Source: an uncultured Actinomycetota bacterium
GTDB lineage: Bacteria; Actinomycetota; Actinomycetes; Mycobacteriales; Mycobacteriaceae
Direction: 5' to 3'
Assembly: GCA_963787635.1 (NCBI GenBank)
Contig: CAWBDP010000009.1
Location: 397,768-461,767, forward strand
DNA length: 64,000 nucleotides
The notes under the pieces were generated by a model that was given only the letters and a program-made list of their open reading frames with translations, searched no databases and was not told the DNA's origin. This document shows positions 32,406-42,682 of this stretch, one piece after another. The translations under genes were made by a program, and so were the position numbers. The number at the start of each line of letters is the position of its first letter. Position 1 is the first letter of the stretch.

Positions 32406-33449
32406 TCAGCGGATGGACTGCAACTGGCGCGCGGCCCCGGCCGCCGGTGCGTCGGCCAGCGTGTGCGCGTCGGCCAGCAGTTCGCGCAGCTGCAGCGGAT
32501 ACACCGTTTGTCCGGCAGCGACCAGCTCGGCGATATCGGCGGCGTCGCACCACCGGAAACAGTGAATGTAGCGGCGCTCCAACTCGGTGCGCCCCGCGAT
32601 GGACGGTTCGAAGCGGCGGGTGCGATGCACGAAGAAGAACTCCTGGCTGTCGATCACCGACCCGTTGAAGTCGAAGACCGCGTCGCGCCGCCAGATCGGG
32701 CCGATCATGTCGACGGGGTCAACCCGTAGCCCGGTCTCCTCGGCCAGCTCCCGGGTGGCGGCCTGGGCCAACTGCTCGCCTTCGTGCACCTGGCCGCCGA
32801 CCGTGAACCACCATTGCGGCGCTGGATTTGCAGCGTCGTGCGGCGCTGCAGGGTCGGATCCGCACAACAGCAGCACCGCCCCGGCTTCGTCCAGTAGCAC
32901 GACCCGGGCCGAGGTGCGCCGACGCGGCAGGGCGTTACCCTCGTGAGCCGCCGGATAGGACCGCTCGGCGATTTCGAAATAGGTTGGCAGCGGCGCGGTT
33001 CCACCGAGCCGCAGCAGGCGCACGATCGGCCGCTCGCGCAACGCGAGGGTGTCGCGAACCGCGTCGTTGTGAAATCTGCGGGCCAGCAACACCCGTGCCT
33101 CGGCGTCGGCCAGTTCCGCGACCAGCGCCGAGGGCAGTGCCGCCGGGTCGACCACCGCCAGCGCGGCGGAGAGTTCGTTTTCGCACGTCTCGCGGGCGTG
33201 CCTGGGTGCCTGCTCGGCGGCGTCGGCCAGGGCCGCCAGCTTGCCGGCCTCCGGGGCATCGCCGTACGCGTCGGCCGCCACGGCCCGGGCCACCACGGCG
33301 CGTCGCGCCAGCGCACTGTCCAGTGCCTGCCAGGACAGGTCGTAGCGGACATGTAACCGATCTAACCGGTGGGCCATCTGATAGATGTCGTTGCCGACCA
33401 CGATGACCACCGTGACCAGCGCCGCGATCGCGATGACCAGCCAGGTCAT
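32406..33449 (-). CDS. LemA-like/NUDIX hydrolase membrane protein (Rv2609c-like)
   Basis: N-terminal TM helix and coiled region; Nudix box GGQVHEGEQLAQAATRELAEETG. Confidence 0.85.
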   Translation of the reverse strand: MTWLVIAIAALVTVVIVVGNDIYQMAHRLDRLHVRYDLSWQALDSALARRAVVARAVAADAYGDAPEAGKLAALADAAEQAPRHARETCENELSAALAVVDPAALPSALVAELADAEARVLLARRFHNDAVRDTLALRERPIVRLLRLGGTAPLPTYFEIAERSYPAAHEGNALPRRRTSARVVLLDEAGAVLLLCGSDPAAPHDAANPAPQWWFTVGGQVHEGEQLAQAATRELAEETGLRVDPVDMIGPIWRRDAVFDFNGSVIDSQEFFFVHRTRRFEPSIAGRTELERRYIHCFRWCDAADIAELVAAGQTVYPLQLRELLADAHTLADAPAAGAARQLQSIR

Positions 33450-34573
33450 CAGACCGCTACCTGGACCTTGGCACCCGCGCCCGCGACCGTCTCATACACC
33501 CGCAGGATCTGGTCCCCCACCACCGACCAGTCGTAGCGGCGCACCACCGCAGCACCGGTCTCGATGTAGCGTTCGCGCAGGATGTCGTTGTGCAGCACGT
33601 GCACCAGGGCGTCTGCCAGCGCCGCGCCGTTGTCCACCGGCACCAGCGCGCCGGCTTCCCCGTCGCGCAGCACCCGCCGGAAGGCGTCGAGGTCGCTGGC
33701 CACCACCGGGGTCCGGGCAGCCATCGCCTCGACCAACACGATGCCGAAGCTCTCGCCGCCGGTGTTCGGCGCGCAGTACACGTCAGCGCTGCGCATCGCC
33801 GCGGCCTTGTCGGCGTCGTTCACCTGGCCCAAAAAACGTAGATGGCCCGCTAAATCGCCTGCTGCACTTCGTAATTCGTCCTCATTACCGCGGCCGACGA
33901 CCATCAGCTCGACGTCGGGAAACTGCCGGACCAGCGTGGGCAGCGCGTCCAGCAGCACGGTCATGCCTTTGCGGGACTCGTTGTAGCGCCCCAAAAACAG
34001 CACGGTCTTGCCCGGCCGAGGATAGCCGTCGAGCCGCGGCGCGTTGGCGAAGGACGCGACGTCGACACCGTTGGGGATCTCCACCGCATCCGAACCCAGC
34101 GCCTCCATCTGCCAGCGCCGGGCCACGTCGGAAACCGCGATCCGGCCGACGATCTTCTCCAGCAGGGGCCGCAGCAGTCTCCCGACGACTGTCAGCGTCA
34201 GCGACTTGGTGGTGGCCGTGTGGAAGGTCGCCACGATCGGGCCCTCGGCGTCGCGTAGGGCCCATAACGACAGGCTCGGCGCATTCGGTTCGTGCAGGTG
34301 CAGCAGGTCGAAATCGCCATCGGCCAGCCAGCGTCTGACCCGGCCGTGCACCGCCCGATTGAACTGCACCCGCGCCACCGACCCGTTGTAGGGAATCGGT
34401 ATGGCTTTGCCGGCAGAAACCACAAAGTCGGGCAGGTCGACGTGCGGCGACGAGGGGGCCAGCACACTCACCGCATGGCCACGGGCGCGCATCACCGCCG
34501 CCAGTTGCAGCACATGGGACTGCACCCCGCCGGGCACGTCGAACGAGTAGGGACACACCATGCCGATCCGCAT
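33449..34573 (-). CDS. pimA: Phosphatidyl-myo-inositol mannosyltransferase
   Basis: MRIGMVCPYSFDVPGGVQSH, GESFGIVLVEAMA (GT4). Confidence 0.96.
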   Translation of the reverse strand: MRIGMVCPYSFDVPGGVQSHVLQLAAVMRARGHAVSVLAPSSPHVDLPDFVVSAGKAIPIPYNGSVARVQFNRAVHGRVRRWLADGDFDLLHLHEPNAPSLSLWALRDAEGPIVATFHTATTKSLTLTVVGRLLRPLLEKIVGRIAVSDVARRWQMEALGSDAVEIPNGVDVASFANAPRLDGYPRPGKTVLFLGRYNESRKGMTVLLDALPTLVRQFPDVELMVVGRGNEDELRSAAGDLAGHLRFLGQVNDADKAAAMRSADVYCAPNTGGESFGIVLVEAMAARTPVVASDLDAFRRVLRDGEAGALVPVDNGAALADALVHVLHNDILRERYIETGAAVVRRYDWSVVGDQILRVYETVAGAGAKVQVAV

Positions 34574-35526
34574 TAGGTGCCCTCCAATTTGGCGCGCCGC
34601 TCCTTGGAGAGATCGGCCAGCCACTGGGGCTGCATCATGTGCCAGTCGGCGGGGTGGGCCGCGATATGGCGCGCAAAAATGTCGGCCAACGCCTGGGTGA
34701 TGGTGCCGATGTCGCCGCTGGAACAGTCCAGCTCCGGGTAGAAGCGGACGATGGGCGCCTTGCCCTCTTCGTACCAGCAGTGCACCGGAAACAGCGCCGC
34801 CCCGGTATCGACCGCCAATTTCGCCGGTCCGGCCGGCATCCGGGTGGGTTCGCCGAAGAAATCGACAGTCAGCCCGGTGCGGGTCAAATCGCGGTCGGCC
34901 ATCAGGGCGACCAACCGGCTCTCCCGTATTCGTTGGGTCAGCAATTCATACGGTGGTCGCTCGCCCCCGGAGTGCGGGATCACCTCGAAGCCCAGGCTCT
35001 CCCGATAGTCGATGAAACGCCGGTACAGCGACTCGGGTTTGAGCCGCTCGGCGACGGTGGTGAAGGTGCCGTGGGTCTGGGCCAGCCACAGCCCGCACAT
35101 ATCCCAGTTGCCGCTGTGCGGCAGCGCGCAGATCGCGCCGCGGCCCGCGGCCAGCGCTGCCTGCACATCATCGAATCCCTCGACCAACTCGCCACACTGG
35201 CGGGTCACGGCCTGGTGATCCATCGTCGGCAACCGGAACGTCTCGCGCCAGTACCGCGCATAGGACAACAGCGATGCGCGCATCAGCTCGTCGGGTACCT
35301 CGGCCGGTGCCACACCGATGACGCGGGCCAGGTTCTTGCGCAGCTGATCCGGTCCGCCGTTGCGGCCGGCATAGCGGGCCCCGGCGTCGAAAACGTTGCG
35401 CGCGGCGAACTCCGGCAGCGCACGCACCATCATCCAGCCGGCCGCGAATCCCAGGTCGGTCATTCTGCTGCCCAGGCCCGACCCGGTGATCCTGGGCACT
35501 TTCGAGCCCGTCGGGACGGCATTCAC
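34573..35526 (-). CDS. patA: PIM acyltransferase
   Basis: YWRETFRLP, ALPHSGNWD, VAERLKPE, LMADRDL, DWHMMQPQW. Confidence 0.94.
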   Translation of the reverse strand: MNAVPTGSKVPRITGSGLGSRMTDLGFAAGWMMVRALPEFAARNVFDAGARYAGRNGGPDQLRKNLARVIGVAPAEVPDELMRASLLSYARYWRETFRLPTMDHQAVTRQCGELVEGFDDVQAALAAGRGAICALPHSGNWDMCGLWLAQTHGTFTTVAERLKPESLYRRFIDYRESLGFEVIPHSGGERPPYELLTQRIRESRLVALMADRDLTRTGLTVDFFGEPTRMPAGPAKLAVDTGAALFPVHCWYEEGKAPIVRFYPELDCSSGDIGTITQALADIFARHIAAHPADWHMMQPQWLADLSKERRAKLEGT

Positions 35527-36290
35527 GTCTCGCCCGTTCCCGGGTCGGGTTTGTTCCGAATCGCCCGCTTCGCCCCATCGCCGTTACGCGGCTGGGGGTG
35601 CCCCCGCCCCGGGCCCGATTGGCCCGCATCGTCGCCGGGCCGGGCGGCGTCAGGCCGGTCTGCCGGCGGCATCGGATCCCTCGCCCCGGGCGAGGTCCGC
35701 ACCGCCCACAACCGCTGGATGCAAGTGATCACGCTCGCCACGGCAAGCACCCACATCGCCAGGGGCAGCGCCCATTTCAGCGGATAGGACGGCAGGGACG
35801 ACAACCCGCAGCCGACGAGCACGATGATCAACCGTTCCGGGCGTTCGATGAAGCCCCCGTCGCCGCGCAACCCGCTGGCTTCGGCGCGGGCCTTGATGTA
35901 GGAGATCACCTGCGAGGTGACCAGGCAGATCATCGTCGCCACCGCCAGCTGGCGGCTATGCAGACCGAATGCCGCCCACCACAAAAACCCGCAGAACACC
36001 GCGCCGTCACTGATGCGATCGCAGGTGGCGTCCAGCACGGCGCCGAAGCGGCTGCCGCCGCCGCTCTCCCGGGCCACCGCACCGTCGAGCATGTCGAACA
36101 TCACGAAGAACCAGACGACGAATGTGCCGATGAATAGGTGGCCGGTGGGAAACAGCGCCAGCGAGGCCACCACCGACGCCGCGGTGCCCAGGATGGTGAT
36201 GCTGTCCGCGGTGAAGCCCACCCGCATCAACCCCCGGGCCAGCGGCGTGGTGACGCGTGCGACTCCTTCGCGGGACAGCAGCTTGCTCAT
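35523..36290 (-). CDS. pgsA: Phosphatidylinositol phosphate synthase with C-terminal extension
   Basis: CDP-alcohol motif DMLDGAVAR..FGAVLDATCDRISD; ISYIKARAE; IERPER. Confidence 0.94.
   Translation of the reverse strand: MSKLLSREGVARVTTPLARGLMRVGFTADSITILGTAASVVASLALFPTGHLFIGTFVVWFFVMFDMLDGAVARESGGGSRFGAVLDATCDRISDGAVFCGFLWWAAFGLHSRQLAVATMICLVTSQVISYIKARAEASGLRGDGGFIERPERLIIVLVGCGLSSLPSYPLKWALPLAMWVLAVASVITCIQRLWAVRTSPGARDPMPPADRPDAARPGDDAGQSGPGRGHPQPRNGDGAKRAIRNKPDPGTGET
35560..35645 (-). repeat. Degenerate MIRU-like element read in frame within the pgsA 3' end
   Basis: 35621-35640 matches 45312-45331 at 19/20; cccgcttcgccc (35564-35575) is shared with the 19989 repeat. Confidence 0.55.
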
Positions 36291-36847
36291 GATTGGTTGG
36301 CCCATTCGGTGGCCAGCAACCGGCGGGTGTCGCGCAGCAGCTGCGGAAGGACCTTGGAGTCGCCGATAATCGTGATGAAGTTCGCGTCGCCACCCCAGCG
36401 CGGCACCACGTGCACGTGCAGGTGCTCGGCCAGCGAGCCGCCCGCCGAGGTGCCCAGGTTCAGCCCGACATTGAAACCATGCGGCCGCGAGACGTTTTTG
36501 ATGACGCGAATCGCTCTCTGCGTGAACGCCATCAGCTCCACGCTCTCCGGGTCGGTGAGATCCTCGAGTTCGGATACCCGCCGATAGGGCACCACCATCA
36601 GGTGTCCGGGGTTGTACGGGTAGAGGTTCAGCACGGCGTAGACCAGTTCCCCCCGGGCAACCACCAGACCCTCCTCGTCGGACAGCTGCGGGATGTCGGT
36701 GAAAGGCTGCTCAGGGTCTGAGTTTGCCCGCCGCAGCGGCGCCTCGGCCAGGTAACTCATCCGGTAGGGCGTCCACAGGCGCTGCAGATGGTCGGACTCA
36801 CCGACCCCTCTGTCGACGATCGGGTCGTCCCGCTCGTCGCTACCCAT
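36287..36847 (-). CDS. HIT-family Ap4A phosphorylase (Rv2613c-like)
   Basis: [33 protein letters not shown]. Confidence 0.93.
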   Translation of the reverse strand: MGSDERDDPIVDRGVGESDHLQRLWTPYRMSYLAEAPLRRANSDPEQPFTDIPQLSDEEGLVVARGELVYAVLNLYPYNPGHLMVVPYRRVSELEDLTDPESVELMAFTQRAIRVIKNVSRPHGFNVGLNLGTSAGGSLAEHLHVHVVPRWGGDANFITIIGDSKVLPQLLRDTRRLLATEWANQS

Positions 36848-38947
36848 GGCTGCCCGCCTTCACCAGATCCGCGGTGGGAGCTGAGTTTTCGCGCGCCGCG
36901 AGCCAGCCCACGATGGTGGCCACCGCGTCGTCGCGGGCCACCCCGTTGATCTGGGTGCGGTCGCCGAACCGGAAGCTCACCGCGCCGGCGGCGACGTCGC
37001 GGTCTCCGGCCAGCAGCATGAACGGCACCTTCTGGTTGGTGTGGTGGACGATCTTCTTGGCCATCCGGTCGTCGCTGGAATCCACCTCGACCCGCACCCC
37101 ATGCAACTTAAGTTGTGCGGCAACGCCGTTCAGGTAGGGCACGTGGCCATCGGCAACCGGGATGCCGACCACCTGCACCGGCGCCAGCCAAGCCGGGAAC
37201 GCGCCGGCGTAGTGCTCGGTGAGGATGCCGAAGAACCGTTCGATCGACCCGAACAGCGCGCGGTGGATCATCACCGGCCGCTGCCGGGTTCCGTCGGCCG
37301 CGGTGTATTCCAGATCGAACCGCTCCGGGAAGTTGAAGTCCACCTGGATGGTCGACATCTGCCAGCTGCGGCCCAGCGCGTCGCGGGCCTGCACGGAGAT
37401 CTTCGGGCCGTAGAAAGCCGCCCCACCCGGGTCGGGAACCAGGTGCAGGCCCGAGTCCGCCGCCACCTCGGCCAGGACGTTGGTGGCCTGGTCCCACATC
37501 TCGTCGGAGCCGACGAACTTGTCCGGATCTTTGGTGGACAGCTCCAGGTAGAAGTCCGCCAGGCCGTAATCGCCGAGCAGGTCGAGCACGAACCGCAGCA
37601 GCGACGCCAGCTCGGCGCGCAGCTGGTCGTGGGTGCAGTAGATGTGCGCGTCGTCCATGGTGAACCCGCGCGCCCGGGTCAGCCCGTGTATCACACCGGA
37701 TTTCTCATACCGGTAGACGGTGCCGAACTCGAAGAGCCGCAACGGAAGTTCACGATAGGACCGGCCCCGGGACCGGTAGATCAGGGTGTGCATCGGGCAG
37801 TTCATCGGCTTGAGGTAATAGTCCTGCCCGGGCTTGCGCAGCGTTGCTCGTCGTCGTATTCGGCGTCGAGGTGCATCGGGGGGAACATGCCGTCGGCGTA
37901 CCAGTCCAGGTGCCCCGAGGTGTGGAACAGCTCGGCTTTGGTGATGTGCGGGGTGTTGACGAATTCGTAGCCGGCCTCAATGTGCTTGCGTCGCGAATAC
38001 TCCTCCAGCTCCCGGCGCACGATGCCACCCTTCGGGTGGAAAACCGCCAGACCCGAGCCGATTTCGTCGGGAAAGCTGAACAGGTCCAGCTCGGCGCCCA
38101 GCTTGCGGTGGTCGCGGCGCTGGGCTTCCTCCAGCAAGTGCAGGTGACGGTCGAGCGCTTCCGGTGACTCCCAGGCCGTGCCGTAAATGCGTTGCAGGCT
38201 GGCGTTGTTCTGGTCGCCGCGCCAGTAGGCGGCCGAGCTGCGGGTCAGCGTGAACGCCGGGATGTGTTTCGTGGTCGGGATATGCGGACCACGGCACAAA
38301 TCGCCCCAAACCCGTTCGCGGGTACGGGGATTGAGGTTATCGTAGGCGGTCAGCTCGTCGCCGCCGACCTCCATGACCGCGGGATCACCGGACTTGTCGT
38401 CGACGAGCTGCAGCTTGTAGGGCTCGTCGGCCAATTCGGCGCGGGCCTGCTCTTGGGATTCGTAGACCCGCCGGTCAAAAAGCTGCCCGTCCTTGACGAT
38501 CTGGCGCATCCGCTTCTCCAGCGCCACCAGGTCCTCCGGGGTGAACGGCTCGGGCACGTCGAAGTCGTAGTAGAACCCGTCGATGATCGGCGGCCCGATC
38601 CCCAGCCTGGCCTGCGGGAAGAGGTCCTGGACAGCCTGGGCCAGCACGTGCGCGCAGGAGTGCCGGATGACGCTGCGGCCGTCGTCGGTGTCGGCCGCCA
38701 CTGGGATGGCCTCGGCGTCGTGGTCGGGTACCCAACTCAGGTCACGCAACGCGCCGTCGGCGTCGCGCACCACGACGATCGCATCCGGCGCGCCCCGGCC
38801 CGGCAAGCCGGCATCCCGAACCGCGGCGGCCGCGGTCGTCCCGGCAGGAACCCGGATCGGTGCTTGCGGTGACTGCGAACCCGGCTCAGCCGGGTGCCGC
38901 GGGTCACCGCCATCGGCGCCTGGGACGGGCTGTGCGGGGGCGCTCAC
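36840..38947 (-). CDS. thrS: Threonine--tRNA ligase (1-bp frameshift near 37848)
   Basis: [46 protein letters not shown]; split over two ORFs, about 702 aa if repaired. Confidence 0.96.
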
Positions 38948-39041
38948 GGCGTGCTCTCCAGAAGGTGTCAAGGGTCTCGCAGGGTTATCCAACGGTAGGC
39001 GACCATGCTATCGGGGCGACTGCTCAACGCGGGCCGCAGCC

Positions 39042-39665
39042 TCACGGCTGGCCGGGCTTGAGCAGGACGAACAGTCCGGACGCTTCGCACAATAAGGTAT
39101 TTTCGTCGAATAGCCGGCCCGACACGAAAATCTTGCGCCCATCCACGTGGTCGACGCCCGACTCGAACTGCAACTGCTTTTCGATCGGGACGATGCGACG
39201 GTAATCGATGTGCAGGTACGCGGTGCGTTGGCGAGGACCGCCGGTGAGCACCGCCGACGTCAGGCCCAGCACCGTATCGAAGAGCAGCCCCAGGGCCCCG
39301 CCGTGTACGGCGCCGTTGCGTCCCAGGTGAAACCGGGCGAATCGGGCCCAGCCTTCGATGCGGCCGTCGTCGTTCTTCTTGGCCTCCATCGGGATGGTCA
39401 AGATGTTGCCGCGGACTGGCAGATCGGTGCGCCGGCCCGACGGCGACTGCCATTCGTCGGTGTCGAACGGCGCCAGCAGGGTGGACACCTTGTCCAGCAG
39501 GTCGGCGGCCTCGCTGATCACGTGATCGGGAGCATCGACAGCACGGGCGTGATCCTGCAGCTTGCGCACACCGTCGATGAATCTGCCGTAATCGGGTCCG
39601 CCCTTGGTGGTGGGTTCGGGCGGATTGAATCCCCCGCCGGGGTGCCGGTGCGGTTGGGTAGCCAC
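39042..39665 (-). CDS. PaaI-like hotdog-fold thioesterase
   Basis: HLGRNGAVHGGALGLLFD, TAYLHIDYR; start uncertain. Confidence 0.8.
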   Translation of the reverse strand: MATQPHRHPGGGFNPPEPTTKGGPDYGRFIDGVRKLQDHARAVDAPDHVISEAADLLDKVSTLLAPFDTDEWQSPSGRRTDLPVRGNILTIPMEAKKNDDGRIEGWARFARFHLGRNGAVHGGALGLLFDTVLGLTSAVLTGGPRQRTAYLHIDYRRIVPIEKQLQFESGVDHVDGRKIFVSGRLFDENTLLCEASGLFVLLKPGQP

Positions 39666-39792
39666 CAGGACACCGTATTGGGTTTGCCGGTGGGCGCGTT
39701 GCTTGCGCATCGAAATCGACGCCAGAGTGACTTTCCGGCCGGTCTCGCGCGCTGACGTCGATCTCGGCGCCACGGGAGCGCGAAAGGGACTG

Positions 39793-40668
39793 TCAGTCGT
39801 TCTGTTGGGCCCCGGCGTGGGCCAGCGTCTCGAATTCGTCGTCGCTGAGCGTGATCTCGGCGGCGGCCACGTTCTCCTCCAGGTGCGCCACGCTCGAGGT
39901 CCCCGGAATCGGCAGGATCACCGGCGAACGTTTCAGCAGCCAGGCCAGCGCCAGCTGCGATGGCGTCGCATGGTGGTCGGCGGCCATCTGCGCCAGCGGC
40001 CCGTCCGGGGCGGCCAGCGGGCCGGCCGCCAACGGGAACCAGGGAATGAAACCGATGTTCTGGCTGGTCGCGGCGTCCAAGAGCGATTCGGACTTGCGGG
40101 CGGTCAGGTTGTACATGTTCTGCACCGACACGATCTCGGTGATCTGCTGGGCCGCCGTGAGCTGGTCGACCTCGATCTCCGATAGGCCGATATGCCGGAT
40201 CTTGCCTTCGTTCTTCAGCGTGAGCAGCTCACCGACCTGGTCGGCCAGCGGGAAGTTGCTGTCGATGCGGTGCAGCTGGAACAAATCGATGGTGTCCACG
40301 CCCAGCCGACGCAGGCTCATCTCGGCTTCCTGACGCAGGTAGGTCGGGTTGCCCAGCGGGATCCACACATCCGGGCCGGTCCGCAACAGCCCGGCCTTGG
40401 TCGCGATGACCAGGCCCGAATAGGGATGCAGCGCCTCGTGAATGATCTCTTCAGAGATGTACGGGCCGTACGAGTCGGCGGTGTCGATGAAGTTGACACC
40501 GAGTTCCACGGCGCGACGCAGCACGCGGACGCATTCGTCACGGTCGGCGGGCGGGCCCCAGACACCCTGGCCGGTCAGGCGCATCGCGCCGAAACCGAGC
40601 CGGTTGACGGTCAGATCACCGCCGAGAGTGAACGTTCCGGATGCCTGGGCGACGGTTTGAGTAGTCAC
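39793..40668 (-). CDS. Aldo/keto reductase
   Basis: RLGFGAMRL, FIDTADSYG, IATKAG, IDLFQLHR, IPIPGTSS..HLEEN. Confidence 0.93.
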   Translation of the reverse strand: MTTQTVAQASGTFTLGGDLTVNRLGFGAMRLTGQGVWGPPADRDECVRVLRRAVELGVNFIDTADSYGPYISEEIIHEALHPYSGLVIATKAGLLRTGPDVWIPLGNPTYLRQEAEMSLRRLGVDTIDLFQLHRIDSNFPLADQVGELLTLKNEGKIRHIGLSEIEVDQLTAAQQITEIVSVQNMYNLTARKSESLLDAATSQNIGFIPWFPLAAGPLAAPDGPLAQMAADHHATPSQLALAWLLKRSPVILPIPGTSSVAHLEENVAAAEITLSDDEFETLAHAGAQQND

Positions 40669-40712
40669 CCTGCCGACCGTACGCCGACGACTCATCATGG
40701 CAAGCTGAGCAG

Positions 40713-41210
40713 GTGGACCTGCACAGGCTCAGCGATCTGCCCCTGACCTATTCGGAAGTGGGCGCCACCGCAGGACCGCTGCCGCCGGGATACCACCACC
40801 AGAGCGTCGTGAGGCAGATCGGCACCGGGCGAGTGCGCTTCGACCGGGCCGCCGATGCGGTCATGCACTGGGGAATGCAGCGCGGCACCGGCCTGCGGCC
40901 GCAGTCCGACAGCGACGTCGTCGCGGTCGGCGCACTGGTGGTGGTCAAGCTCGGTTTCCTGCGGGCACCTTGTCGGGTCGTGTACGTGCTCGACGAACCC
41001 GATCTCCGCGGCTTCGGCTACGGCACCCTGCCCGGGCACCCCGAGTGTGGCGAGGAGCGGTTCGCGGTGCGCCACGATCCGGTCACCGACGCGGTGTTCG
41101 CGGAAGTCTGCGCGTTCTCCCGGCCCGCGACGTGGTGGGGCAGCGCGGGTAGGCCGGTGGTGTCGCTGGCCCAGCGCGTCATCGCCCAGCGCTACCTGCG
41201 CGCGGTGTAA
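40713..41210 (+). CDS. DUF1990 family protein (Rv2616-like)
   Basis: YSEVGAT, PCRVVYV, GFGYGTLPGHPECGEERF. Confidence 0.88.
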   Translation: MDLHRLSDLPLTYSEVGATAGPLPPGYHHQSVVRQIGTGRVRFDRAADAVMHWGMQRGTGLRPQSDSDVVAVGALVVVKLGFLRAPCRVVYVLDEPDLRGFGYGTLPGHPECGEERFAVRHDPVTDAVFAEVCAFSRPATWWGSAGRPVVSLAQRVIAQRYLRAV

Positions 41211-41236
41211 CGGCCGGCTATTCGGCCGCACATGAC

Positions 41237-41339
41237 GCCGAGCGTCACGATAGCGTGACGATCGCTGCCGAGCGTCACCACAGCGTGACGCCCAGCAGCG
41301 TTTGCCGGGCCGGCCACCGTCACGGCAGTGTGACAGCGG
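41237..41339. repeat. REP-like palindromic repeats between convergent genes
   Basis: gccgagcgtcac-N6-gtgacg at 41237-41260 and 41267-41290; degenerate third copy at about 41317-41339. Confidence 0.7.
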
Positions 41340-41343
41340 CCCG

Positions 41344-42294
41344 CTACCCCTGACCCCAGCCGGCGAGCAAACGCGCTGCTCCTGAACACATTTCGTCGAT
41401 GACATCACCCACCGAGGCGGCACCGCTGATCATGCCGACGCCTTCACCGGCGTCGACTGGTGCGATCGCGCGGTCGTCGGCGGCGATCGACGCGGCCAAC
41501 TCCTCGCGCGCCGGCTGATCGGCGGCCAGGGCATCCTCGTGGCCGGCCCACCGCGCGACGAAGTCGTTGGCCAGCACACGCGACGGGAACCGGGCCGGCC
41601 AGGGCAGCCCCTTGGCGACGTCGAAGACCCGGGTGATCGTGGTGTCGGTCTCGCGGGCCGCAATCAGGGCACGGCGGCTGCCGTCGGCCGTCAGCGCCTC
41701 TGGACAGGCCGCCAAGCGGGTGCCCACCCAGGCTCCGCTGGCGCCGGCGGCCAGCACCGCGGCCAGGCTTCGCGGCGACGCGATTCCGCCGCCGGCCAGC
41801 ACCGGGATGGACACCGCGTCCAAGACGGCGTCGAGCAGCGGCAGCGTCCCGAGCCGCACGTCACCGTGACCGCCGCCTTCGGACCCACGCGCGACCAGGA
41901 TGTCGAACCCGGCGTCGGCGGCCTCGCGGGCGCCGGGGCTGTCGTATACCTGTGTGACCGTGGCGATTCCGGCGTCATGGGCCGTGGCGACCCATGACCA
42001 GTCGGAACCGAAACTGACCGACAACAGGACGGGCCGGGCGGCCAGCGCATCCTCGAGCAGTCCCGGCTCGTTGCGCATCACCCAGTCCACCAGGCCGATT
42101 CCGAATGTGCCGGATAGGTGTTGCAGCTCTTCTTTCAGTGCCGCCCTGGATCCGGCACTGCCCATGCCGACCATGCCCAGCCCACCGGCCGCGCTGACGG
42201 CAGCAGCCAGCCGACCACCGGCGACCCCGCCCATTGGGGCGTTGACGATCGGCACCCGCAGGCCGAAACCCCGCGACCAGGCCGTGGAGAGCAC
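41344..42294 (-). CDS. Nitronate monooxygenase family flavoprotein
   Basis: PIVNAPMGG, ARGSEGGGHG, PVLAGGGIA, GAWVGTR. Confidence 0.9.
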   Translation of the reverse strand: MLSTAWSRGFGLRVPIVNAPMGGVAGGRLAAAVSAAGGLGMVGMGSAGSRAALKEELQHLSGTFGIGLVDWVMRNEPGLLEDALAARPVLLSVSFGSDWSWVATAHDAGIATVTQVYDSPGAREAADAGFDILVARGSEGGGHGDVRLGTLPLLDAVLDAVSIPVLAGGGIASPRSLAAVLAAGASGAWVGTRLAACPEALTADGSRRALIAARETDTTITRVFDVAKGLPWPARFPSRVLANDFVARWAGHEDALAADQPAREELAASIAADDRAIAPVDAGEGVGMISGAASVGDVIDEMCSGAARLLAGWGQG

Positions 42295-42303
42295 CGGGGC
42301 CGG

Positions 42304-42645
42304 CTACGACGACTCGACGTTTTTGACCACGGTAAGCATCACCACCGAATCCTCGACCGCGTGCAGCGCATGCCGGTGGGGCGGGATCGTGACGTGGTCG
42401 CCGGCCTTGCCGTCCCACGCGTCGTCGCCGGCAGTCAGCCGCACATGGCCCTGCAGCACCTGCAGGGTGGCCTCGCCCGGGCTCTCGTGTTCGGAAAGCT
42501 CGTACCCGCCGAGCAGTGCCAGCACCGTCTGCCGAAGTTCGTGGGTGTGACCGCCGTGGATGGTGTGCGCGGCCCGCCCGCTGTGCGACTGGTGTGCCTC
42601 GGCCAGTTTCTCGGCGGCTAGGTCGGTCAGTGACGTCGATTCCAT
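42304..42645 (-). CDS. Cupin protein (Rv2619c-like)
   Basis: LSEHESPGEATLQVLQG, IPPHRHALHA. Confidence 0.88.
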   Translation of the reverse strand: MESTSLTDLAAEKLAEAHQSHSGRAAHTIHGGHTHELRQTVLALLGGYELSEHESPGEATLQVLQGHVRLTAGDDAWDGKAGDHVTIPPHRHALHAVEDSVVMLTVVKNVESS

Positions 42646-42682
42646 GACTGTCCTTCGATTTCGAGGTCGGCGGTCTGATCGC

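Noticed and set aside
36840-38947. thrS pseudogene or programmed frameshift
   Set aside because: Essential gene; no slippery heptamer at the shift; simplest explanation is sequencing error.
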